From Scyliorhinus canicula (taxonomy: Eukaryota), in contig NC_052149.1 in the NCBI RefSeq assembly GCF_902713615.1, forward strand, positions 87,995,519-88,059,518: a stretch of 64,000 bases of DNA, written 5' to 3'. Of this stretch, positions 10,036 through 24,800 are shown in pieces. Within the stretch, counting starts at the first letter, position 1. Each line of letters begins with the position of its first letter. The position numbers and the translations under genes are program-made. The notes beneath the pieces are model-generated. The model was not told the origin of the DNA, did no database searches, and saw only the letters and a program-made list of their open reading frames with translations.

Positions 10036-12350
10036 GTAAGGGTGGTAGCAGCTGGCCATCTAGGATAAGTGTTGGTCTCGAGTGGGGAGAGATTTAAGAG
10101 AAGAGGATGGATTCTCATTCAAGCACTTGCTCCCTCCGCAGCCCTGGGCGGGGTCTTATTGTCAGGAGGTGACATTTGGTGCCACGAGTGAGAGCTGGAA
10201 GAGTTAGTGTAGAATGGAGGAGTTTTAACTCTGCATCTGGCCAGTGAGTCGCTGGACTAATTGTTTTTGGACCCCTACCAAAATTTTGTTCCTTGGCATT
10301 GATTCTATCCTTCCCCTGATTCCGCCCTCAGACTGAGTATTTGGTGAGATTTTAGTAGTTAAAGTTTAATCTTTAAAATTGATCTTGCATGAATGTCAGA
10401 ATAATTGACATTAATATTGTTTTATCATTTGATGTAATATATCTGATAAATATAATAGTGTCCACATCAAATTAATATTCTCTTTGTGGTGATTCAGTTC
10501 CACTCAGATGGACAACAGTATTTAGCATTTAAAAATGAACTCCACTGCAATTAATAATAATTCATTAGGCTCTTAACAAACAATCTGATAGGAAAGCAAA
10601 GCAATCAGAGTGTAGCCAATAACCCTGACAAAAGGATGCGCCACAAAGGACTGGCAAGATGCAAGACTAGCAAAGTTATGTCATGGCTGGTGTCCTGAAG
10701 CTGGATCACCCAACCTTTGCAAGTGGCAGGGACACCATTTCTACTTTTTTCTCATTCATGAGGCATATGAGCAGGTTTTGGAATGATAAAGTTTGGCTCA
10801 TCTTTAAAATGAATTTCCAAAAAAATGTTGAGGTATGAAGAAAAGGAACAACTTGTCGAGCAAAAATAAAGCAATGTCAATGTGTTAAATGGCTTAAAAC
10901 TTTTTTTAAAATGATTTGACAATAAGAGTGTTGTTAGAGGGTGAAAGTGCATGTGTCCGGCTCAGGGTGCTCACTTATTCATTCACTCACCCTCGCCTGC
11001 TGTGTGAGTATGTGTTGGTTTGTGAGGGTAAGTGAAAATCCTGAGGCTGGAAGTGAGCCAGACAAACTCATTTTCTCTCTCACACATACACACACCCTCT
11101 TGCCCCTCTCTCTCTCTTGCACGCACACTCTCTTCGCACACGGACACTCTCCTCTTTCTCAATCACAAAATGGGCTTCAATCTCTGTCGCCTATATGTCA
11201 ATATTTTCACCCTCATCCTTGTCTATTTCCATAATTGCTGAAATTCTAATCAAAACTCAATCTTCAATCTTTCTTTATCTGCCACCTGACTTCCACCCTC
11301 CATAAACCCTATTTTGTTGCATTCTATTTATTTAAAGTTCCAATTTCCCAATATACCTGCCCTAGATAGTCTCGGCTGGCTGCTTTAGCCGGCTGGTAAC
11401 AGATTGCCATTGAGGGTATGTGTTGCACTTGGGATCAAGTGGGGAGCAAATAAGGAGAAGAGGATGGACTCTCATTCAACTGCCACGCTTAGTCCCCAGG
11501 GCTGGGTGTCCCATTTAATGATGTGACCCCTAGAACAACTGGTGAAGGCTGTAAGAGTCTGGAGTGGAGATGTCTTAACTCTGGATCTGCATTGCTCAAC
11601 TAATTGTCTTTGTGCCCCTGCCAAACCTCTGTTGCTTTGGCACTGCCTCCATCTTGTCCCTGGTACATGAGTTGAAAATCCTTATCCTCCTGTACAAATA
11701 ACTTTACGGATCCACCTCTACCTCTGCAGCAGACTTGTATCCCTTTCTAAGTCCAGCCTTTTGTAAACCCTATAAATATTCACTCGCTGCACAATAGCCA
11801 TCATCTGTACTTCCCTTCCTAAACCTCCTGACAATCGTTTTCCACTTTCAAAAGTCACAGGAAACCTATTTTTCTTTGTCCAAGGTTCCATATGCACCTT
11901 TTCTAATTGTGGGTTCTAGTCTATGAAGTTCAATATTGGCAGGTCTTTTAAAGAAATATGAGGAGCCAAGAAGAAAGTGAAAAAGAACTTGTGACTAGAA
12001 TTCTCATGATTGTGCATGTGTAAAGCAAAACTGACAGAGCAAAATGTGACAACTGACTGTGTAGATAGATAAAAGTGTGGGTGGGAAGTGTCCATGTTCA
12101 TGCAGCATTGGGATCAGTTTTGAAACCAGCAATAGATCCTACAAAAAATGAACTGTTGCCATTGTCTTGTCACCAAGAATAGATAAAGCAGTGGATGTGA
12201 GTTTAAACCATTCACTAGAGAAATATAATTTTCAGAAATGTGCCCTGAATTATAAGAATCAGATTTTTGGATTTTGTTGCTTGAAGTTCTAAAAGTTTAG
12301 ATATATCAGAATTTAAACAAAAAATGTTTATTTTTTTCAGATTTTTTCCA

Positions 12351-12814
12351 ATGTCTTCACACACTAGTACAAGTCCTGCATTTGAATTTGGGCCTATCTA
12401 TGTACGTGAAAAGGGACAACTGCACCTGTTGAATGGTACTTCAAACTTGAGAAGCACTGGAAAATCCAAGTCACTGCGACTGTTTCAAAAGGGCTTCACT
12501 GTTAAACTGTGTATAGAAGATGGAGACAAGCCAAGCACTTGCAGGACTGATCACATTGTCTTCACATACACTAAGGAAGGGAGTCTTCGCTATTCTCCCA
12601 AGTCGCTTTTTGATGTAGTGCTTGGCTTTATAGCTGACAACATACAGCATGTTGACTCACTAATTGGCTTCCCTGAGCAGATTGCTGAAAAACTTTTCAT
12701 TGCAGTAGAAGCAAGGAAGAAATTTGTTGATCCTGACACGAGTACAGAGGCGCTACTTAAATTCAGTGAGGCTTACGGAAGTCTTGTGCTCCGGTCCCTG
12801 TGTTTACGAGACAG
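12351..12814 (+). CDS. LRRC42: LRRC42 coding exon 1
   Basis: Acceptor tttttttcag ends at 12340, ATG at 12351; [20 protein letters not shown]...LRSLCLRDR; donor gtacaa. Confidence 0.95.
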
Positions 12815-15800
12815 GTACAATCTTTTTTATCTGATCCAGTATGGTAATATTGAAAATTCCTGCCCTAATTCTCCGCACCATTCAGAAAAATTTCTGCATC
12901 TGAAACATTTCTTCTCTGTTCTCTTTACAAATGTTGACTGACTCTGCTGCAATTCCAAATTTTTTAGCTGGTGGGACTAGAGTTGACATTGGTGCTCCTA
13001 CGTTAGGGTAGGGGGAGAATGGGTATGAAGCCCAGTTGCTATCTGGTGATTGCTTTTGGAAGGTGCACAGAAGTGCACACCAGTTGAGAATAGTTGGGCT
13101 TGGTATAATGCGCTTCCTCCAACCCCATCAAATAGTCTGATGTCACTCAGTGTCTCTCTCACACACAGAATGACTACTTGGAAAAGGTACTTGAGTGCTC
13201 TCAATATTCTCCTGTTTGAAACTGCACCTTCAGGTGGTGCTAACATTGGTTGGGGCAAGGATGCAAGTTGTTTTGTTGTTCCACAGTACAATACAACTGT
13301 TTCATTAGATACTGGCAGTGTCCAATGATTATTATGTAATGATTTGTATTTAATAATTTAATGATCTTTAATAATATTTTGAAAACTTTTCTTTTTCACT
13401 TGCCCATTTCACATAATCTAGGGACCTACCATAGCTAGGAAAGCAGACAGACGATCTGCCTCCAAGACTCTGCTAGTTGCTGCTGTTGGGACATGTGTGC
13501 ACATGTCTAGGTGGCTACTCCCTCTGATCTTGCTGCTTGGATGCCTTGCAGGCTAAGCACCACCCTGCCATGGCACAACTAAGATCAAGAAGTGAAGTGA
13601 AGGAATAAAAGCAATATCTCTCTGCACTGTAGCATCACTCCAGTTTGGTTATTAATGAGATGTAAGTCACATTACACTCTTCTCTGACCAAAATTGTTAC
13701 CTTTTGAGAACTGTGTTCTGTGGTGTTAGACACTGGTATTTCAATCCTTGGCCAAGGTCTGAAACTAGCTAAGACTAAATTGATGAACTGTCTTTACTGT
13801 AAGAGCGCTGCATGAAATCAACTTGGCCTTAGGCAATCTCAATTAATTTGTTTTTGGAGAGAGGCCTATAACACAAAATTGCTCCTAATTTGGTTCAAAT
13901 TTACTGTTGCTCAGAGACCAAGATGGGGAATCAAAAAGGTTTTTGCTGAAACACATTACTGAGGCCGAGTAGAAAGACTTCACTCTGTACCTCAACTAGT
14001 GACTTGACCGAAGAGCACTGGATGCTCAAGGTGGCAAGTTCCAGTTTTCAGTACTAACAACCACAGAACTAACAAAATTAATAGCCTTCTTTTTAAAATA
14101 GCTAGTGCCAGAACCATTACAATCAGTTGTTTGGGTTTAATTTGGGAAAAAATAATTGATGAAATAGCTTTTTGGCTCATCAATAAAAATATTAGCTGCA
14201 ACAGCGGCAAAGAACACTTGGCAATTTAAAGTATTTATATTTCATGGGGTGTGGGTGCCACTGGCAGTGCCATTATTCATTGTCAATCCACAATTGCCCT
14301 TGAATGTAGTGACTTACTAGACATCTTGGAGGGTGGTTTACAAATTAGTTGAGAGTCAACCAGATTGCTGTAGATCTGGAGTCACGTGTAGGTCGGATCA
14401 GGTAAGGACAGCAAATCTTTCACCCTAATGGACATTTGTAACCAAGATAGATTTTTACAATAATCGACGATAGTTTCATGGTCATCATTACTGAAACTAA
14501 AGTGAGAGTGACTGCCCTTGACATCAAGGCAACATTTGACTGTGTGTGGCAAAATGAGTTAATGGCAATTAGAGAAAAAAAGGCTCCAATGGTTGGAGTC
14601 ATACCCGGAACACTGGAAGATGGTTGTGTTTGTTGGAGCTTAATAATCTCCGTTCCAGGGCATCACTCCAGGGGGTTCCTCAGGGTAGTGTCCTAGGCCT
14701 AACCAATCTCAGCTGTTTCATCAATAACCTTTCTTTCCATAATTGGTCAGAAGTGTGGATGTTGACGGCATGGTGGCACAGTGGTTAGCACTGCTGCCTA
14801 TGGCGCTGAGGACCTGGGTTTGAACTGTGTGGAGTTTGCACATTCTCCCTGTGTCTGTGGGTTTCACCCCCACAACCCAAAGATGGGCATGGTAAGTGTA
14901 TTGGCCATGCTAAATTGCCCCTTACTTGGAAATAAAAAATTGGATACTTTTTTTTAAAAGTGTGAATGTTGGCAGATGATTGCCCAATGTTCAATACCAT
15001 TTGTGACGACTCGTACTGAAGCAGTCCATATACAAATGCAGCAAAACCTGGCCAATATCCAGGCTTGGGCTGACAAGTGGCAAATAACATTTGCACCGCA
15101 AAAGTGCCAGGCAGTCACTGTCTGCAATAATAGAGAATGTAACCGTCTCCCCTTAACATTCAATGTCTTGATTGGCACCCCATCCTCAAACATTCACTAG
15201 CTCCACCACCAACGCACAGTGGCAGCAGTGTATACCATCTACAATACAGTGGAAGCAGTGTATACCATCTATAAGATACAGTGCAGGAGCTCAACAAGCC
15301 TCCTTAAACAGCATCTTCCACAACGGCTACTATCTAGAAGGACAAGAGGAGCAAACACATAGGGCCACCACCAACTGGACGTTCCTCTCCAAGCCACTCT
15401 CCATCCTGACTTGGAAATGTATCAGCATTCCTTCACTGTGGCTGGTTCAAAATCCTGGAACTCCCTCCATAACAATGTCGTGGGTGTGCCTACACCACAT
15501 GGACTGCAGCAATTCAGGCAGCTCACCACCATCTTCTCAAGGGCAATTAGGGAGAGGCAGTAAATGCTGGCCTAGCCAGCAACACCCACACCCATGAATT
15601 AAGTTTTTAAAACTGGCAATTTAGCGTGGCCAATCCACCTAACCTGCACATCTTTGGGTTGTGGGGGTGAAACTCGCGCAGACATGGGGAGAATATGCAA
15701 ACTCCACATGGACAGTGACCCAGGGCCGGGGTTCGAACCCAGGTCCTCAGCACCGCAGTCCCAGTGCTAACCACTGCGCCACGTGCCGCCCCGTGACTCT

Positions 15801-18800
15801 GGATTATGAGTCCAGTGACATGGGGCGGCATGGTAGCACAGTGTTTAGCATTGTTGCTTCACAGCGCCAGGGACCCGGGTTCGATTCCCGAGTTGGGTCA
15901 CTTTCTGTGCGGAGTCTGCACGTTCTCCCTGTGTCTGCGTGGGTTTCCTCCGGGAGCTCCGGTTTCCTCCCACAAGTCTCGAAAGACGTGCTTGTTAGGT
16001 AAATTGGACATTCTAAATTCTCCCTCAGTGTACCCGAACAGGCGCCAGAGTGTGGCAACTAAAGGATTTTCACAGTAACATCATTGCAGTGTTAATGTAA
16101 GCCTACTTGTGACACTACTAATTTTTTTAAAATAAATTTAGATTACCCAATTATTTTTTCCAATTTGGGGGCAATTTAGCGTGGCCAATCCACCTACTCT
16201 GCACATTTTTGGGTTGTGGGGGCGAAACCCACGCAGACACGGGGAGAATGTGCAAACTCTACATGGACAGTGACCCAGAGCCGGAATCGAACCTGGGACC
16301 TCAGTGCCGTGAGGCAGTTGTGCTAACCACTAGGCCACCGTGCTGCCCGTGACACTACTAATAAAGATTATTATTATTGCGTTGCTTATGTCTCCCCTAT
16401 CTATATCCCTGGTTCAAATACCAAGGTGGCCTACGTAGGGAAAGCCTGGTGTTTACCAAACCTTTTTCGTAATTGGCCTGGGAGTGGAGGCATGGATATA
16501 TCTCGTGTCCATGGAAATCAGATTCACTCCAGCATTTAAAAGCAGTGCTTTATCAGATGGAGGAGGAGTTCAAGAGGTGGGACATGCTGCCATTGTCGTT
16601 GGCGGGGAGGGTGCAGTCCATCAAAATGACGGTGCTTCCGAGGTTATTGTTCCTCTTTCAGTGCCTGCCCATCTTTATCCCCAGGGCCTTCTTTAGGAGA
16701 GTGACTAGCAGTACCTTGAGCTTTGTGTGGGCACATGGGACTCCGAGAGTGAAGAGGGTGTTCCTGGAGCGAGGGAGGGATAGAGGCGGGCTGGCGCTGC
16801 CCAACCTTCTGGGGTACTATTGGGCGGCCAATGTGTCAATGGTGCGTAAATGGGTGATGGAGGGGGGAGGGGCGGCATGGAAAAGAATGGAGATGGCGTC
16901 ATGTAGAGGTACGAGCCTGGGTGCCATGGTAACGGCGCCGTTGCCGCTCTCCCCTAAGAGGTTTACCACGAGCCCGGTGGTGGCGGCGACCCTAAGAATC
17001 TGGGGACAGTGGAGACGGCATAGGGGGGAAACAGGGGGCTCGATGGAGGCTCCATTGGGTGGCAATCATCGGTTCATCCCAGGGAACTGGGATGGGGGAT
17101 TTAGGGGGTGGCAAAGTGTGGGCATCAGTAAATTGAGGGACCTGTTTATTAGCGGGAGGTTTGCGGGCCTGGGGGAACTGAAAGATAAATTTGGGCTTCC
17201 CCAGGGAACATGTTCAGATACTTGCAGGTAAAGGCGTTTGCTAGGCGACAGGTAGAGGGATTCCCTTTGCTGCCCTCGCGGGGGACGATGGACAGAGTGC
17301 TTTCGGGGGTGTGGGTCGGAGAGGGGAAGGTGTCTGACATCTATAAGGTAATGCAGGAGGTGGAGGAGTCGTCAGTGGAGGAGCTGAAGGCTAAATGGGA
17401 GGAGGAACTCTGGGAGCAGATAGAGGACGGAACTTGGGCGGATGCCTTGGAGAGAGTCAACTCTTCCTCCTCATGTGCGAGGCTTAGTCTCGTCCAATTT
17501 AAGGTGCTGCACCGGGCCCACATGTCCGGGACTAGGCTGAGTAGGTTCTTTGGGGGTGAGGACAGGTGCACCAGATGTTCGGGGAGTCCAGCGAACCACG
17601 CCCATATGTTCTGGGCATTGTTGCACGTTTTACTTGAGTGTAATTCGCGTTTATTGGAGTGTATTAACACGCCTCCGTTTAAAGGCCGTGTGCTTAACAC
17701 TGCTAGGCTCTATATGTGTATTTTCAGCTCGGGAGTCGCCAGGTGCCGTATAAACACCTCACAAATATTCCACGGTCAGGTTCAAAGTAATAAAACGATA
17801 CACCGATTAGTAAGTTCCAAACGATTAGTATTTATTATGACAAATATAATAAATACGTATGCACACGCTAAGGGACTAAGCTACAACTAAACTAAGCGAT
17901 CAGAATACTTAACTAAACAGGAACAGGCAAGGTCAGGGAGCGAGGCCTTCGTTTCGATCTTGGTCTGTAACCTTCAGAGAGTGTGCTGGTCGCTGGGGGT
18001 CTAGTGGGGCTGGTTCGCGTAGCGAGCGTCGTATTGTCACTTACGGTTCGGCGGCTGGTGCTCAACGGCTGGAGTCAGGATACAAGTCGAAGTTCTGGGT
18101 CGAAGTCAAAGCCGGAGCACAAAAACAACAGACAGGACCATGTGTGGGGGTCTATCTTTATAGGGCCCCAATGTCCGTGCCTTTTTTGGGGCGGGCTTTC
18201 ACCTTCAGGTATCGATTGGATCAGATCCCAATCGATATCTTTTGAATTCCCCCAATGTGAGGGTCTCTCCTCGATGGAGGGGGCGGTCTCTATGGTGGAT
18301 ACTTCTGGTGCCGCTCTGTCTGGACATCCACTTAAAGTATCTATTCAAAACCCAAATGTTGCCATTGTGTGTGCCCAGATCTGGATTGCCTCATTAATAT
18401 GCAAAGCGTTTTGCTATTAACACCTTTGGTTTGAGATCTTCCACCTGGCCAGAAACTAGTTTTGCTGCTTGCAAAATGCTAATCAGTCTTTGCAGACTGC
18501 TTGTCTTGGCTAAACTGCTTTTTCCCTGCAGTCTTAGCAGTTCTCCATCTTGTTAGCCCAGTGTCCATCTTAGGTGGCTACAGCATGCCCAGCACTGGAA
18601 GAATTCTGGAAGGGGGTGGCGGGGACGGTGTCGAGGGTGGTTGGATCCAGGGTCAAACCAGGGTGGGGACTCACGATTTTTGGAGTTGCGATAGAGCCGG
18701 GAATGCAGGAGGCGAAAGCGGCCGGTATCCTGGCCTTTGCGTCCCTAGTAGCCTGACGAAGGAAGGATGCGAGGCCCCCAAGTGTGGAGACCTGGATCAG

Positions 18801-21800
18801 TGACATGGCGGGATTTATAAAATTGGAAAGGGTCAAATTTGCCCTGAGAGGATCAATACAAGGGTTCTATAAACGATGGCAGCCTTTTCTGGACTTCCTG
18901 GCTCAAAGATAGGTGTCTTGGTCAATAGCAGCAGCAACCCCGGTGGGGGAGGGGGGGGTGTGTAAGGGTGTTCCTTATTGTAGTTTCTATTATGTAACTT
19001 AATATTGTGTTAATTTGCGTTGTTGTTAAAATGCTGTGTTGTTCATGGAGGTGGGGGCGAATGTTTATGATTGCTAATATTGTTATTTTTGGTATTTTAT
19101 TATGGTTCGATGTTGTTGTATAAATTCAAAATTTTTCAATAAAAATTATTTCAAAAAAAAAAGCAGTGCTTTATATAATTTCAGATGTTTAATGGTGTCG
19201 GAAAAATTGGAAGAAATCCAGTCTTTTCGAGGTTTGATGTGCCTGGATCTGTCCAGCTGTAAGCTGGGGGATGAACACGAGCTCCTAACGCACTTGACAT
19301 CTGAAACCTTAGTGAGGTACGGTATGCGTTGTGGATACAACAAAAACATTATGAGAAATGTTTACCAGTTCCATGCAAAATAAATCTTCATGGCATTGTC
19401 TCATGCCCTGAGCAGACTTAACACATTAGCAGCATACTTGACTGGTACTTGAGTCCTTAAATGACTTGGCAGCTCCAGAGCAAAAGCAGTTCACAACATG
19501 CACTCAGTTATTTTCCTGACCATAATTAGGGCCAGTAATTTAGCAGTAATTTAGCAGAATTGTTCAGTGCTGTTGATTATTTCTCAATACCACCACTGCC
19601 CTGCTCCAATGGTCCATCTTCATAAAGTAGTACTTTAAATGTCTTTCCTTGTAAAGTTTAACTGTCTATTGACGTAAAAGCCTGCCTGATTCACTAATGC
19701 CCTTGTCTGGTCTGGCCTACATGTGACTCCAGATCTATAGCAATATGGCTGACTGTTATCTGCCCTCTGAAATGGCCCAGCAAACCACACAGTAGTAGAA
19801 AATTGCTACGAAGTCTGAACGGATGGAAACCAGTGTTGCAATCCCGGTTGAGGTGGTAACTAATTCCACAGGCCGGCCGCTCTGAATAAAGAAATTTATC
19901 TTCATCTCTGTCCTGAATGGTCTACCCCGTATCTTCAGATTGTGACCCCTGCTTCTGAACACCCCCACCATCCGAAACATCCTGCATCTACCCTGTCTTG
20001 TCCTGTTAGAATTTTCTAGGTTTCTATGAGATTCCTCCCTCATTCTTCTGAACTCCAGTGAATACAATCCTATCCAATTCAATCTCTCCTCCTACATCAG
20101 TCCCTGCCATCCCAGCAATCAGTCTGGTAAACCTTTGCTGCACTCCCTCTAGAGCAGGAACATGTTTCCTCAGATAAGGAGAACAAAACTGCACACAATA
20201 CTCCCGGTGTGGCCTCGCCAAGGCCCTGTACAATTGCAGCGAGACAGCCCTGTTCCTGTGTTTGAACCCTCTCGCTATGAAGGCCAACATACCATTTGCC
20301 TTCTTTATGGTCGGCTGTACCTGCATTCTTGCCTTCAGTGACTGGTGTACGGGGATGCTCCGGTCTCTTTGCACGTTCCCCTATCTATCTCAATGCACTA
20401 CCCCTAAACTCATGCACTTTAATTTTACACTCAAATCTCTTATGCGGGACTCTATCAAAAGCCTTTTAAAAGTCCAAATACAACACATCCATTGCCCCCC
20501 CCCCCCCCCCTCTGTCAACTCTACTAGTTACACCCTCGAAGAATTCCTGTAGATTTGCCAAGCATGATCTCCCCTTTGTAAATCCATGCTGACTCTGTCC
20601 AATCCTGTCACTATTTTCTCATTGCTCTGCTATAAAATCTTTGATAATGGATTCTAGAATTCTCCCCACTAGTGACATCAGGCTTACTGGTCTATAATTC
20701 ACTGTTTTCTCTCTACCTCCCTTTTTCAAATAGTGGAGTTACATTAGCTACCCTCCAATCTACAGAGACTGTTCCAGAGTCTGTCGAATGCTGGAAGATG
20801 ACCATCAATGCATCCGCTGTTTCTAGGACCACTTCTTTAAATACTCTGGGCTGTAGATTATCATGCCCTGGGGATTTATCAGCTTTGAATCCCAACAATT
20901 TCCCCAACAGCATCTCTCTACTAATATTGATCATCTTTACTTCCTCCCTCTCACTAAACCCTGCATTCCTCAACATTTCTGGTATCTGATTTATGTCCTC
21001 AATGTGAAGACAGAATCGAAGTGTGTATTTAATTGCTCAACCATTTCTTTGTCCCCTATTCTCCATTCCCCTCTTTCTGACTGTAAGGGACCTTCACTTA
21101 TCTTCACCAAACCTTTTTCTCTTTACATGCCTATAGAAGCTTTTACAGTCAGTTTTTATGTTCCCTGCAAGCTTACTTTAGTACTCTATTTTCCCCTTCT
21201 TAATCAATCCCTTGGTCCTTCTTTGCTGAATTCTAAACTGCTCCCAATCATCAGACCTGTTGTTTTTCTTGGCCATTTTGTAAGCTTCTTCTTTGGATCG
21301 AGTATTATCTTTAATTTCCCTTGTAAGCCATGGATTGGCTGCCTCTCCTGTTTTACTTTTGTGCCAGATAGAAATAAACATTGTTGCAATTCGCACATGA
21401 GCTCCTTGAATCTTTGCCATTGTCTATCTACTGTCGTCCCTTTAAGTAACATTTCCTAATCTATCATAATCAACCTGCACCTCATACCATCGTAGTTTCC
21501 TTTATTAAGATTCAGGACCCTAGTCTCAGAATCAAATTCTTCACACTCCATCTTGATGAAAAATTCTATCATGTTATGGTCACTCATCCCCAAGGATCTC
21601 GCACAAGATTGCCAATGATTCCGATCTCATCTCACATTACCAGTCTAGGATGGCTCGCTGCTGATAGTTGGTTCCTCAACGTATTGGTCCAGAAAACCAT
21701 CCCGTATACACTCAGGAATTCCGCCTCTACGGTATTGTGGCTTATTTGATTTGATTTGATTTGCACAATCTATATGTAGATTAAAATCACCCATAATTAC

Positions 21801-24800
21801 AAATATTCCTTTATCGCATGCGTCTCGAATTTCCTGTTTAATGCTATTCCCAGTGCAGTTTGGGGGTCTATATATTATTCCCACTAATATTTTTGCCCCT
21901 TGGTGTTTCTCCACTCTACCCACACAGATTCCACATTATCAGAGCTAATATCCTGCCTCATTATTGCACTAATTTCCTCTTTAACTAGCATTGCCACTCC
22001 ACCGCTTTTTTTTTGTCTATCCTTCCTAAATACTGAATATCCCTTAGTTCGGTGGCGCAGTGGTTAGCACTACCGCCTTAAGGCGCCGAGGACCCTGGTT
22101 TGATCCTGGCCTCGGGTCACTATCTGTGTGGAGTTTGCACATTCTCCCCGTATCTGTGTGGGTCTCTCTTCCCACAACCCAATGATGTGCAAGGTAGGTC
22201 GATTAGCCATGCTAAATTGCCCCTTAATTGGGGGGAAAAAAAAGAATTGAGTATTCTAAATTTATTTTTGAAATAGTTCATCCACCATATTGCGAGTGCT
22301 CCGCATGTTAAGGCACAAAACTTTAAGCTTGTCTTTTTAACATTACTTCTCTCGCTCCCAATATTTTTCACTGTGACCCTGTTTGAATCTGGCCCTCGGT
22401 TTCTCTGCCTATCACTTTTTTCTTATTCCCCATTCTGTCTTTTGTTTTTGTCCTTGTTTCCTCCTCCTCTAACTCCTTGCATAGGCTCACATCCCACTGT
22501 CATTTTAGTTTAAATCCTCCCCAACCACTTTAGCAAATCTGGAGTCTGGAGAAGGATGTGTAGATAGCCTGGGTCACATTGAGATCTAAAAAGACGAGGT
22601 GTTGGGCGTCTTGAAAAATATTAAGGTAGATAAGTCCCCAGGGCCGGATGGGATCTACCCCAGAATACTGAAGGAGGCTATAGATGAAATTGCTGAGGCC
22701 TTGGCAGAAATCTTTGGATCTTCACTGTCTTCAGGTGATGTCCCAGAGGACTGGAGAATAGCCAATGTTGTTCCTTTGTTTAAGAAGGGTAGCAAGGATA
22801 ATCCAGGGAACTATAGGCCGGTAAGCCTCATGTCAGTGGTAGGGAAATTGCTGGAGAGAATTCTTCGAGACAGGATCTACTCTCATTTGGAAGCAAATGG
22901 ACATATTAGTGAGAGGCAGCATGGTTTTGTGAAGGGGAGGTCGTGTTTCACTAACTTGATAGAGTTTTTCGAAGAGGTCACAAAGATGATTGATTCAGGT
23001 AGGGCAGTGAATGTTGTCTATATGGACTTCATTAAGGCCTTTGACAAGGTCCGTCATGGTAGACTGGTACAAAAGATGAAGTCACACGGGATCAGGGGTG
23101 AGCTGGCAAGGTGGATACAGAACTGGCTAGGTCATAGAAGGCAGAGAGTAGCAATGGAAGGGTGCTTTTCTAATTGGAGGGCTGTGACTAGTAGTGTTCC
23201 GCAGGGATCAGTGCTGGGACCTTTGCTGTTCGTAGTATATATAGATGATTTGGAGGAAAATGTAACGGTCTGATTAGTAAGTTTGCAGACGACACAAAGG
23301 TTGGTGGAATTGCGGACAGCGATGAGGACTGTCAGAGGATACAGCAGGATTTAGATCATTTGGAGACTTGGGTGGAGAGATGGCAGATGGAGTTTAATCC
23401 CGACAAATGTGAGGTAATGCATTTTGGAAGGTCTAATGCAGGTAGGAAATATACAGTGAATGGTAGAACCCTCAAGAGTATTGAAAGTCAGAGAGATCTA
23501 TCTGTACAGGTCCACAGGTCACTGAAAGGGGCAACACAGGTGGAGAAGGTAGTCAAGAAGGCATATGGCATGCTTGCCTTCATTGGCCGGGGCATTGAGT
23601 ATAAGAATTGGCAAGTCATGTTGCAGTTGTATAGAACCTTAGTTAGGCCACACTTGCAGTACAGTGTTCAATTCTGGTCGCCACACTACCAGAAGGATGT
23701 GGAGGCTTTAGAGAGGGTGCAGAAGAGATTTACCAGGATGTTGCCTGGTATGGAGGGCATTGGCTATGAGGAGCGGTGGAATAAACCCGGTTTGTTCTCA
23801 CTGGAACGACGGAGGTTGAGGGGCGACCTGATAGAAGTCTACAAAATTATGAGGGGCATAGACAGAGTGGATAGTCAGAGGCTTTTCCCCAGGGTACAGG
23901 GGTCAATTACTCGGGGGCATAGGTTTAAGGTGCGAGGGGCAAGGTTTAGAGGAGATGTACGAGGCAAGTTTTTTTACACAGAGGGTAGTGGGTGCCTGGA
24001 ACTCGCTGCCGGAGGAGATGGTGGAAGCAGGGACAATAGTGACATTTAAGGGGCATTTTCACAAATACATGAATAGGATGGGAATAGAGGGATACGGACC
24101 CAGGAAGTGTAGAAGATTTTAGTTTAGACGGGCAGCATGGTCGGCGCAGGCTTGGAGGCCTGTAGAGTCTGTTCTTGTGCTGTACTTTTCTTTGTTCTTT
24201 GTTCAAATATTCCCCCTCGGACAACAGTCCTGGTCCTGCCCAAGTACAGCCCACCCGGTTTGTACTGGTCCTACCCCCACCCCCCCAGAACTGGTCCCAA
24301 TGCCCCAGAAATCTGAAACCCTCCCTCTCGCACCATCTCTTCAGCCACGTATTCATCCAATATATCCTGCTATTTCCACTTTAACTAGCACGTGGCACTA
24401 GTAGTAATCCTGAGATCCCTAGCTTTGAGCTCCGACTTCTCAACTTTCTTCCTAACTCCCTATATTCTTCTTTTAGGGCCTCATCCCTTTTTTTAACCTA
24501 TGTTGTTGACACCAACGTGTACCATGACCACCGGCTGTTCACCCTCCCCATCCAGAATGGCCTGTACCCGCTCCGAGACATCCTTGATCCCAGCACCCTC
24601 TTCAGGCGAACTTTATTTTCTCGAGATTGAGAAACCTAGCCATGTCAGTAACCCAAGTCTCTACACTCGGAGGCTTCGAGTCCCTGCACATTAATAAGAT
24701 CCGTCGCCAGGCTACCAGGGAGGCAAAGGCCAAGACGTCGGCCTCTTTCGCCCCTTGCACTCCCAGTTCTTCTGACACTCCAAAGATCGCCACCTCCGAA

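Noticed and set aside
12324-12941. ORF 12324-12941 as a single-exon 205-aa gene
   Set aside because: It reads through the acceptor at 12340 and the donor at 12815; the true coding exon is 12351-12814
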